From: Azolla caroliniana
Lineage: Eukaryota; Plantae; Polypodiophyta
Assembly: GCA_043228905.1 (NCBI GenBank)
Contig: JBHGNT010000022.1
Span: 2,480,001 to 2,544,000 of the forward strand
DNA length: 64,000 bases
Direction: 5' to 3'
Part shown: positions 52,521-62,754 of the stretch, piece after piece
Layout: every line of letters begins with the position of its first letter
How positions within the stretch are numbered: the stretch's first letter is position 1
Made by a program: the position numbers and the translations under genes
The notes under the pieces: generated by a model
Database searches by the model: none
Told to the model about the DNA's origin: nothing
The model's input: only the letters and a program-made list of their open reading frames with translations

Positions 52521-52876
52521 CACGTTCGCGTTCACAAGTGGAAGGATCGCGCATAAATGGAAGGATAAGGGAAATTTTAGGGGTTTTTCAATGATTTTAC
52601 AAAACACATTGATACCAGTATCATACAAGTTCAAACATACTATGAAAAAGGTTAAAAATCCACTATTTTCGTGATTTAGAAGTAACTAAAAAAAGACGAA
52701 TTTCAAAAACATACATTCTCAATTTATATCACAAACTTTACAACCAATGTTATTTTATAAGAAACGATTTTTGGGAAATCATAAGAATTCAAAACACATG
52801 ATTTTATATTACTCGATTTGTTACAAGCGGAATGTAGTTACACTTAATAGCCAAATATACATTCATGATCACTCCT

Positions 52877-55657
52877 TTACGGAGAATCACTACTATAACT
52901 AATATACAATGACGATTCCTCCTCATCATCCTCGGATGTACCAATCAGTGCATTATCTTCGTCATAAACCAAATGGTTTGACTCTAGATTATATGTAGCA
53001 GATCTCGTTTGCCTTTGACTCGAGCCACCTTGTAGACCTGGTAATTTTTCTTTTATTATATCTATTGTTGACTTCCTTAATCGTCCGGCTTTTGTAAGTG
53101 TGAAGTCGTACACGATGATACCCACATCAGAGATATCAAGGGTCGAGGTGTTACGAATGTTTCGCTTCCTCTTCCTACCTCCCCTTCTTGTTTGGCATTC
53201 AATCATCTCCAATGTATACTTACCTGTAAAAGCATTTGCACTTCTAGTGTTGTACCAATGAACATTTATAGACTTGATCGTGTTTTCTATTTCATGCATT
53301 AGCACTTCTAGAATTTTACCAACCCAAAATTGGTGGCCATGTGAGTTCTCATCAGCCGGCGTTGCAATCAACATCCCCGCGGTGAGCTCTTGCAAATTTC
53401 CTTGCCATCTAGCTTCGGCTGCTTTGGTCATCCTTGGTCCCACATAAATGTCTCTTTGTTGTGGATGGACCAAGCTGTCATTAATCGCATTTACTAGTCG
53501 CTCCGGACTTCTATTTACGCGATCATGTTGCAGCGACCATGTGAATGGCGTTTCCAAATTCCAATTATCAACAGATACACAATTGTCTATAATTTCTTTC
53601 TGATCACTATAAAATACATCCCACCATGACGTGTCTTGTTGTGCGGCATATTTCTTGGCGGCCTCAATATGTTTTCTTTTTTCTTCTAAGGCTTGGAGCC
53701 ATGACCGTTTTTGTTCTAATACCAAGTCGCTCTGCAACTGTCCTTTCTTCTCAATTGGCATTTGCTTAGCTCCATGGACAATTGTACTCGGCATACAAAG
53801 TAATAACTGGCAACCACCTTCAGGTTCCCATGTTGTAGAAGATGAATATTGTTTAGCATACAAAAGTGTAGAACCACTTATTCCATTTTTCTTTATCAAA
53901 AAAATGTGATTGAAACTTATATTGTTTAACTGAGCAAGCACTTTAACATTCCCACCACCCCCATCTAATATATATCTCTTAAAGTCATATACCTCCTTCC
54001 AGTGTAACACTTTTGGGCGTGGTGTATATGCATCACAAATGACATCAAATAGTTTAGGTAAAGTGAAAGCATCATGCCGAGACAACTGTCTGGAGAATGT
54101 GCTAAACATCTGATCTATATGGTCATGTGTGTGGCCAACCAAAAGGAAATTGACTTTCACTTTCCTAAACAATTCTAGGTTGACCAACATACTTAGATAG
54201 CCAAATACAGTTGAATTTTTGTTCTCTCTAGCAGTATTGTCCAATTGAATGTATAGAACAGGGGGGAAAGGTTGTCCCCAAGACATCAAAACTCGGTGAA
54301 TCACTGTAACTGTTAGGTTAGGGTCATTGTGAACATTGGGGTAAGTAATGAAGACGTGAGGTCGAACAGACCTATTATAAGCCAAGCATCCCACCAAGTG
54401 CATTTGAACAAGGCACTCATCATTGACATCTTTGGGGAGCCTCCGCATATGCGGCAAGCATGTCTTCTTCTGGTCCATGCCATCTATCATTAAGCACATG
54501 TATTGTTCAGGCCTCTTCAAACACTTCTCTCTATGATGCATCGCCTTCCTTCGTTCTAAGGATTGTGCCTCACGATGCTCTTGTAGTAACTTTTTACTCG
54601 TATCCTTTTCCATTGATGTCTTTGCACCTTTAGCCAAACTTTTAAGATTTGCACAAATGGAGCAATAACCCATACGTACTTTACGAGGAATAATAACATT
54701 TGAAAACCGAGCTCTCCATAATCTTGTGAATTGGCTATAGGTGATAGACTTATTACGTGAGCCCAGCATTTCAGATCGATAGACATCATAAACTTCCCGA
54801 CGGGTATAATTATCAGAAAGATGCATCCTACCTGTAGTGGGCATTACTTCACAATTTAACTGAAAGTAAGTTTTCATCCAGCCAATAGCTAGTCTTCCAA
54901 TTGCACCTTTCATACTTGGAACCTCTTTACAATTGAGCATCTGATCCCCGCTAAGTAGACGTTGTTGTACTCTATGTAGCCGCATGTTACTAACACATAA
55001 CACAATTTTGAATGCAACTCTACATATCTGTTGCGCATGGAAGATATAATACTCGAATGATACTTTGATCCCCGTACATTTGTCAGATACTAGTTGCATA
55101 TGTGATCCAAGGTAAGTGTCTTGCTCATCACCGGTCATCGAAAAATAGTATCGCCTTAATTCTCGCAACTTTGATTTTCCAATCATAGACATACAACCAC
55201 GGGCACAACATATTTTGTTGACATCAAATCCAATCTGTTTATCTGATGTCACTAAGCTAAATCTCGCCAGACGAATTCTTCGTGGGATTCTTCTAATATG
55301 CATAGGGCTCCCAGATTTCTCTTCCTGCATAGAGGTTGGTGTAACCTTGTTACAGTCTAATTCTCTGTTCTGACCATCGCCAATGTTATTCAATGTTTCC
55401 TGGGCACTTCCTTCATTCTCGGTATCTTTATTAATATCGTATTCTTCAATAGAGAACTCTTCACATGTGTCATTATTTACATTCCCTGTAGATGAGCTCA
55501 GACAATATTCTTCGATAGAATATGGTGAGTCGGTCGAAAGACAATATTCTTCAATCGAATATGGTGACTCTGTTGACAAACAATACTCTTCAGTAGAAAA
55601 CGATGGGTCTGATGACAAACAATATTCTTCAATCGAGAACGGTGAATCTTCACTCAT
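52877..55657 (-). CDS. Intact 926-aa DDD-type transposase (Sola-like catalytic core)
   Basis: Uninterrupted ORF inside the TIRs. Motifs MIDGMDQKKT, YIQLDNTARENKN, FLLVGHTHDHIDQMFS; upstream CSIC...H Zn-type motif. Confidence 0.88.
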   Translation of the reverse strand: MSEDSPFSIEEYCLSSDPSFSTEEYCLSTESPYSIEEYCLSTDSPYSIEEYCLSSSTGNVNNDTCEEFSIEEYDINKDTENEGSAQETLNNIGDGQNRELDCNKVTPTSMQEEKSGSPMHIRRIPRRIRLARFSLVTSDKQIGFDVNKICCARGCMSMIGKSKLRELRRYYFSMTGDEQDTYLGSHMQLVSDKCTGIKVSFEYYIFHAQQICRVAFKIVLCVSNMRLHRVQQRLLSGDQMLNCKEVPSMKGAIGRLAIGWMKTYFQLNCEVMPTTGRMHLSDNYTRREVYDVYRSEMLGSRNKSITYSQFTRLWRARFSNVIIPRKVRMGYCSICANLKSLAKGAKTSMEKDTSKKLLQEHREAQSLERRKAMHHREKCLKRPEQYMCLMIDGMDQKKTCLPHMRRLPKDVNDECLVQMHLVGCLAYNRSVRPHVFITYPNVHNDPNLTVTVIHRVLMSWGQPFPPVLYIQLDNTARENKNSTVFGYLSMLVNLELFRKVKVNFLLVGHTHDHIDQMFSTFSRQLSRHDAFTLPKLFDVICDAYTPRPKVLHWKEVYDFKRYILDGGGGNVKVLAQLNNISFNHIFLIKKNGISGSTLLYAKQYSSSTTWEPEGGCQLLLCMPSTIVHGAKQMPIEKKGQLQSDLVLEQKRSWLQALEEKRKHIEAAKKYAAQQDTSWWDVFYSDQKEIIDNCVSVDNWNLETPFTWSLQHDRVNRSPERLVNAINDSLVHPQQRDIYVGPRMTKAAEARWQGNLQELTAGMLIATPADENSHGHQFWVGKILEVLMHEIENTIKSINVHWYNTRSANAFTGKYTLEMIECQTRRGGRKRKRNIRNTSTLDISDVGIIVYDFTLTKAGRLRKSTIDIIKEKLPGLQGGSSQRQTRSATYNLESNHLVYDEDNALIGTSEDDEEESSLYISYSSDSP

Positions 55658-56328
55658 GGCTTAAGGTCTAGATAGGGCTCTCTAACTTATACTCCTCTCT
55701 AACCATATACTCCTCCCTAAACATAAACTTCTCTCTAAACAAAAGCCAAATCAATAGAATGTCTATATTATGTAATATTCTATTAATACAATACATCTAA
55801 AAATTATTTTTAATAAAGTAATTTAACTTAGATTATCAATCATTATATAAACTAGATCTAAATGATGTTAAATCAAGTAAAATATAAAACTAATCATTAA
55901 CAAGCCTTGAATATGTTGGATTAATGTTAAAATCATTGGCTAATTAATGACACCCATTTTGATATAGAACGTCTCACTCATTGGTTCTTTAATGCTCACC
56001 ATTTTAAATATTAGACTTATCAATCATTGGTTAATTCATGCCCACATCTTTAATACATAACATTTGAGAGTCATAAAAATTGTTGCTTTTAGTAATCAAT
56101 CATTGGTACATTCATGAACCTCTATCATTGTCTCCTTCATAACCTTTGAAGTGATTGTAGGTTGTTATGAGTATAAAAGATTGATCAATATGTTAGTTTG
56201 ACTTTGTAATCATTAATACAATCATAAGTTACTATAGTTAATGTGACTATGGTTACAAACTAACTATCCTCAAAGTTACCAACATTGGTTAAGGTGACTA
56301 TGGTTACTTTAATCATGGGTTCAATCCC

Positions 56329-56336
56329 TATAAATA
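56329..56336 (+). promoter_or_regulatory. TATA box of the ParB-MTase gene
   Basis: cc-TATAAATA-gg about 150 nt upstream of the ATG at 56480. Confidence 0.55.
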
Positions 56337-56479
56337 GGAAGACCTCATCATATTTCACTCACCAGAGCGTACAGAGCGTACAGAGCACACAGAACGCAGA
56401 GAGCACACAGAGCACACAAAGCACTCAGAGCACAAAGCACGAAAGCGCGATCTCCGCCTCCACTTCAACACGATCAACC

Positions 56480-59400
56480 ATGTCTTCCAAGAGAATCGAG
56501 CGCGAGGAGTCCAGGTAGGCCTCTGACACTGTGGACATTTTTGTAAATATGTTTCGTTTCTCAAGAACTCGATACGGCGTATCGAGTTCATGTATACAAT
56601 ACAAATATTTATACACGAACTCGATACGGCGTATCGAGTTCGTGTATAAATATTTGTATTGTATACATGAACTCGATACGACAGAAGGTCGAGTTCATGT
56701 TTAAAGTGTAGGTTTTTAACACGAACTCGATACGACGTATCGAGTTCGTGTTTAAAGTATAGGTTTTAAACACGAACTCGATACGCCGTATCGAGTTCGT
56801 GTTTAAAGTGTAGGTTTTAAACACGAACTCGATACGCCGTATCGAGTTCGTGTTTAAAGTTTGAATTTTAAACACGAACTCGATACGCCGTATCGAGTTC
56901 GTGTTTAAAGTGTAGGTTTTAAACACGAACTCGATACGGCGTATCGAGTTCGTGTTTAAAGTGTAGCCTTTGAGAGAGAAAAATCGTTTACGGGGTGGAA
57001 ATGATATCAAATTGTCTGGCAAAATCAGTCTTTTTTATGTTGACTTTACTTACTTTTAAACAAATACATGCTCTAATTATAGGTGTTTTATGACCTACTT
57101 TAGCTTAAAATAGTAGAAAATGATCTACAAATTGCCTTCACTATGGCAAATTCTCCTCAATATAGGTTTAGAATCTATATAAGTCATACCTACTATTTAA
57201 AAGAATATATAACCCGTTTTACTTATTACGATATATATTTTCTAGGTTGAATAGCCCTGCCTATAATAGATTTTTGAATATGTTACTGCTCCTGGAAACT
57301 GTTCTTCATTATAATAACAACTTCAATCTACGTGACTGTCTAACTTATGTTTTTGCATATACTTTCTTAAATAGGTCGTTTGAGAACCTGTCAGACCGAC
57401 CCGTGAAAAAAATTAAGCTTCGCATACAAGGTTCTCCAATCGAAGCCCAGACCAAGGTAACTCCGGAGACCATGAAGAGAGGAAAAAAGCTTCTCTTTAA
57501 CGAAGAGTCAAAATCTCAGCCACATAGTGATGTAAGCCAAAAGAAACTTGTCGCCGCTACTGGAGGCGACGACCTTCCTGACCGAGATCTAACGGACAAG
57601 GAATGGTGTATGCAATATGTCGACTCAAAGAAAAAAGTCGTATTGTATACAGCAAAGAAGAAGGGTGAGGGGCAGCTAGGAAAAGAAACTCCATTTATGT
57701 ATGGCCGAATTCTACGATTTGACTACGAAGATGCAGATTCGGCCAACATACTGGTAATGATAGAGTGCTCCAAGGGGGTACGCAAAGTGTTCCTTTCAGA
57801 AGACCTTTTAGTAAAGGAATCTTGTGGGCCTGAAGTGTTCAAAAAAGCACTTGATAACTCACAAAACCTGATTGTTACCTTGAGGCCTTATATACAAGGC
57901 CATGTAAGTCTAAGAGATGAAGAGCCCTCCCACTTGAAGGCCACTAAAAAGGTATCCAAAGTCCAGTCAAGACCAGCCAAGAAGAAGACAACGAAAATGT
58001 CGGATACGGATTCGACAAGTGAAAATGAAGAAGAGGATAATAAGGGGACGCCAGGAGCCGAGCTGGCCTCGGGTGTCTTGTCATCCGAGCAGAATAAAAT
58101 AAGGAGAGAGTTAATGCAACGGAAGCTGGTCAGGAAAGGGCAAGTATTTAATTTGCCTATAACACACATCCATCGGCCCCCTATTGATGAAAAAACAGGT
58201 CGAAGACCACTTGAGATTAGAGAGCCTCATCGCATGCATGTTCAAAATCTCAAGAAAAAAATGAAAATTAATCCTCATGCCATAGTGGTGCCTTTTATTG
58301 TTATGGTGGATCCTGAAGAATGTGAAACCATTGAAGATTTTGATATCAGAAAGCATGATCAATATAATTATTTTGTCATTGGTGGATCGCATTCAGCAGA
58401 GGCACGTCGGCAACTTGTGAGAGAACATCCAACCACTTTCTTCTTCAAGTATGCCGAGTGCAAAATTTATGTTGGGCTCACAACCGAAGAGGCTAAGCTG
58501 TTGGCATGGGACCATAATAATGATAATGACTATAGGCAGAAAATGTCGTCTATTGAGCGTATACGGTTCTTCCACCACGAGTATTTAGATGTGAAACAAA
58601 AGTTTGGTGTGAAGTTACATCCAGGCCTTCGACGTCAATGTCTGCATGAAGTCGGCATTGTGGTAGATGATAATGTTAGGTCCGATGGTCTTCGAAAGTA
58701 TGAATCTTGGTTTCAATTGGCGTTTAGAGATGGAGAAGTATGGGACCTCCAAGATCAAATATTCTCAATGTGGGAGAATAAGGAGGTAAAGGGTCAACGA
58801 CAAAAGAAATGTAGGGTTGACCCTCAACTAGAATTAAAGTCACAAGCCGCCAAGAAAATTGACTTGACAATTGAAGAAGCGGCAGACGACATGAAGCTGT
58901 CTCTATGGAGAGCGATGCAAGGTATTAAGGACGAGCAGCTTCTTGTGTCGGTTTTGTCAAGGGTTGTGGCGAAAGATTTAAGCCTTGAAGAAATGGTCAC
59001 TGAGTTCAATACGTAAGTCTTTCAAATACTGAAATTGTAGTCTATCTGGTGTAATTCAAAGTTCTAATCTTGATTTCGAATTTTACAGTCATAAGGTGTA
59101 CATGAAGATCCAAGAAGTAATGATGAAACAACTTGGATGTATAACTTGGGAACAAGTGACCGAGGATTATCCTCTAACGTCTTCGTATAAGGCGTTATCA
59201 GAGTATTTTATTGCATTCAAGGATTGGGTTAGTATTGATGTTTTTTCATTACCCTTTCATCATATGTAGAGCTTGTATAATAATACCTGATGTCCTATTG
59301 CTTCTATTAGAAACCGTGTCGAGGCAAGAAACAAGGAGAAGTTAAGGATATACACGATTTCCCTACATCGTTCCTTGCACATCTCGAGCGAGCCAGAAAA

Positions 59401-60620
59401 GAAAAGGATCGTCGCTTAGTCAAGGCGTACGAAATGGAGGAAGATGGCTCGTTTAAAAAATTTAGCCACAAAAAAGATATTACGAGAGATCTTTACTACA
59501 ATGTGGTTTGCGGTGATGTCATCGACTTGATCTAGAAGGTGCCAAAGAAGGAATATACGCTAATGATTGCGGATATTCCTTACGGATTTCGAATGGCTGG
59601 GTCATCATACGACGATGAACCGTTTAGGTTTAAACAATTGGAGAAGATGGTCAAGGATTTCGCTGAGCTAACGACCGCATCCTTGTGGCGAATAGTTGTC
59701 TTTCATAGTATGGACCAAGGGTACTCGGTAGCTCAAGCTTTGAGATCTCGTTGCCATGGCATCGAGAACCTTGCATGGTAAGGATTATTTATAGGTGTCT
59801 TTCATTATATTGCAATTCTTAAGGTTGTTGAATCTATTCTTAACTCGATGAATTATTTTTTATAGGATCAAGACCAATGTAAATAGAGGGCCAACTTTTC
59901 GGTTCGTTAATGCCATTGAATACATAACGGTTGGCTACTTCGATGAAATTAAAAAACAGAGAATCAAAGAGCATTCTAATGAAGTGGGAGGTTCAAATCT
60001 GTTGGTATATCCAACAGTAACTCGGAAATTGCGACATGTCACCACGACAGAACGGGGACTTGTCAACCCATACCAAAAACCTCAACGACTTATGATGCGC
60101 TTGATCGAGATGTTTTCTGTCGAAGGAGACTGGATATTAGATCTCTTTTCTGGCACAGGTATTCCTCGAACTAGGGTAACGATCTTGAGATAACCAATCA
60201 CTTTTTTTCGTTTGACAACTAAATCTTCTTGTTACTTACATCATAGGAACTACGTCAGCATGTGCATTGAAGCTGTTTAGAAATACAGTTGCATTGGAGA
60301 AGGACGAGGACCAAGTTATATTTATTAATATGCGGATTAAGGCTTTGTGGGAGTGCCCAGACCAGGATGAGGAGGTCGGTGCAAAGAACCTCGCCAATAC
60401 AGAAAGGTTTCAACCTGCTTCGCGAGAGCCTATTCCTCCGTTAGCCGGCGAACCGGGGGAGCTAATAGAGCTTGATGATGAGCTTATAGAGCTTGATGAT
60501 GAGCTTATAGAAGATATTTCGTTGGCTCGGCTAACAGGGGAAACCAATGCACGTATAGCCGAAGACAGTTCAACACAAGATGATGAAGAAAATGACGTTG
60601 ATGAATTGATTGCTATGTAA
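56480..60620 (+). CDS. Six-exon gene (~981 aa): ParB/Srx-like domain fused to a beta-class N6-adenine/N4-cytosine DNA methyltransferase; one premature TAG at 59533
   Basis: Exons 56480-56514, 57375-59012, 59089-59227, 59311-59777, 59866-60158 and 60247-60620 have GT-AG borders and matching phases (2946 nt). Motifs VPFIVMV...YFVIGGSHSAEA (ParB/Srx-like), CGDVIDL, MIADIPYG, WIK, NPYQKP, ILDLFSGTGTT, ALEKD. Confidence 0.85.
56563..56962. repeat. Array of ~8 long palindromes (51-bp period) in intron 1 of the ParB-MTase gene
   Basis: tttaaacacgaactcgatacg-(c/g/a)-cgtatcgagttcgtgtttaaa: 16-21 bp arms around a single central base. Confidence 0.95.
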
Positions 60621-61665
60621 TAGACTCTATAAAGAATATGACACTGACGATTTGTTAAGATCTCACATTATTAATACAAATTTTGGGTTTTACCTAGTTG
60701 ATTCTATTCTTTATAATCATCTATATGTTTCAATTTTATTTTTATATACTTGATTAGTAGATTTATGATATTGGTTTCACCGCGTGCATAGCTGACTACC
60801 AAACTTATGGAGAAACATGAACTAGATTAAATGGAGGCTGATTTTGGTCCAAGCTAACCTTAACAGAACATGGCCCTATAATTATTGCCATGACTGTCCA
60901 TGTTGTTATTATGGATCTTTGTCTTATATTGTTAAAACTATTATGTTTCTATTCCATTGCTGCTTAGATTGTGTAGTGTGTTGATAATGGTTCCAGTTGC
61001 GTTATCGTTCGGAGTTTGATCTTGTGTGAATCACCTAAGCAATAGAGTAGATCAATTTTAAATACAGGTATGAAAGCCTAATAGGTTTCTTATTTCCACG
61101 ACCTTATCCTAAAGTTCACTGCCTTACATTGTGCACAATTATATACACATATGGTTTGATCCCATATGAACAAACTGAGGAATAGATTAGATCAACTTTT
61201 AATATAAGTATTGAATACTTTAATAAGTTAGTTATTCCAATCACTTATCCTAATGTGCACTATCCTACATTTTCCACAATTACATACATGCACGAATGGG
61301 TCAAAGTATAAATTATATCTCATTTTATTAGTATGGATACAAGTACACCTCATATTTTTGTAAAACCTACCTAATTAATATAAGTCTTTAAGTTAGTGTT
61401 TCCCTTGTCGCACAATAGTGCCATATTGAGCCATAGTTGAACTTTATTTAGATACATTAACTTATCAACATGTCTAAACTTGCATGATTTCTAATGATCT
61501 CCACTCGTAGATCTATCATGTATTTTTATATTTGCAAATTCTTATCAAGTTGAGGAACATGTGATACTAGTGCATCCAATTATTGTAGAGAGGGTGTATT
61601 TTCTTCGTTTTAAGAAGATTCTACAAGTGGAATGCGCAATCCTTCCACTTGTGAACGCGAACGTG

Positions 61666-62754
61666 ATATCCATGGATTTTATTGTTAGCCTTCCTCGCAC
61701 CCAAAAAGGTCATGATGCCATCTGGGTTGTCGTTGATCGACTAACTAAAATGGCCAGATTTATTGCTACTAAAAGCACGGTAACAGCTCCTGAATTGGCT
61801 TACCAATTCGTTGACGAATTGTTTCGTTTTTATGGGTTACCGATGGATATCGTGAGTGATCGAGATCCAAAGTTTACTAGTGACTTCTGGACACAAGTCT
61901 TTAAGAAGTTAGAAACTACGTTGAGCATGAGCTCCACGAATCATCCTCAATCCGATGGACAGACAGAATGAGTAAATCAAATTATTGAGGACATGCTTCG
62001 AGCATACGTTGGTGCAAAACCAACAAAATGGGAACGTTATCTCCCAATTTTGGAGTTTGCTTATAACAGCTCCAAGCATACGTTGACGGGATATAGTCCT
62101 TTTATGTTGATGTATGGTTTTCAGCCACGAGCCCCGATTGATGTTAATATACATCATGATGAGTTGCGAAGTACGCAAAACTTTCTTCGGGATATGCAAG
62201 ATATGTTGCATATTGCACGAGATAATATAAAAACAGCTCAAGATAGAGCGCGTTTTTATGCCAATCATCATAGGCAACCTCGTGTATTCAACCTTGGACA
62301 GAAGGTATTTTTACGTGTACCTCACAATTCTAAGACATTGTCTACGGGTAAGTGCGCTAAGTTAGCCCCATGATTTTGTGGACCTTTTACAGTCCTCAAA
62401 CGCATTGGGTCATCAGCCTATCATCTCGCTCTTCCCGATGGTGTCGGAATTCATCCAGTCTTTCATGTGAGTCGTCTAAAAGAACTTCTAGGTTCTGGCG
62501 ACAATACAGTTACGACTGAAATTCTGGTTACTTCTGAAGAATTATCTTTTAAACCACACGTACCAGAAAGAATTCTCGATGTTAAAACAAAAAAATTACG
62601 TACTAAAGAAATCCGAGAATTTAAAATAAAATGGATGGATAAATCAATAAAAGATGCCACATGGGAACGCGAAAATACTCTTAGAACTAACTTCCCTAAC
62701 TTTCCATTGCAAGAGTGCAATGTTTTAAAGAGGGGGAGTATGTTACGGGCATGA
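61666..62754 (+). pseudogene. Gypsy B pol, 3' part (integrase core and chromodomain), TGA stops at 61969 and 62371
   Basis: SMDFIVSLP, SDRDPKF, HPQSDGQTE, HPVFHVS, PERILDVK...KIKWMDK...ATWE. Confidence 0.93.

Larger units (their letters stand above)
52521..61665. mobile_element. 9.1-kb TIR DNA transposon with transposase and methyltransferase genes, inserted in the Gypsy B integrase
   Basis: 34-bp TIRs CACGTTCGCGTTCACAAGTGGAAGGATYGCGCAT (52521-52554 / 61632-61665, 1 mismatch). Flanks ATATCCAA / ATATCCAT. Removal restores KWESISMDF. Confidence 0.95.

Noticed and set aside
52521-52674. C-terminal extension of the 1032-aa Gypsy ORF, and N-terminus of ORF 61561-61971
   Set aside because: These are read-through into the transposon ends; the real integrase frame joins 52520 to ~61674.
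56563-56962. CRISPR array, or coding ORF 56609-57022
   Set aside because: Spacers are ~8-18 nt and nearly identical; the ORF is a by-product of the 51-bp (17-codon) period.
59533-59535. Stop codons repaired by U-to-C RNA editing
   Set aside because: Such editing in ferns and hornworts is organellar; this is nuclear TE DNA, where 5mC deamination explains the stops.
56480-60620. Bacterial contamination or a restriction-modification operon
   Set aside because: The gene has five phase-consistent GT-AG introns, sits within TIRs nested in a plant Gypsy integrase, and no endonuclease partner is visible.
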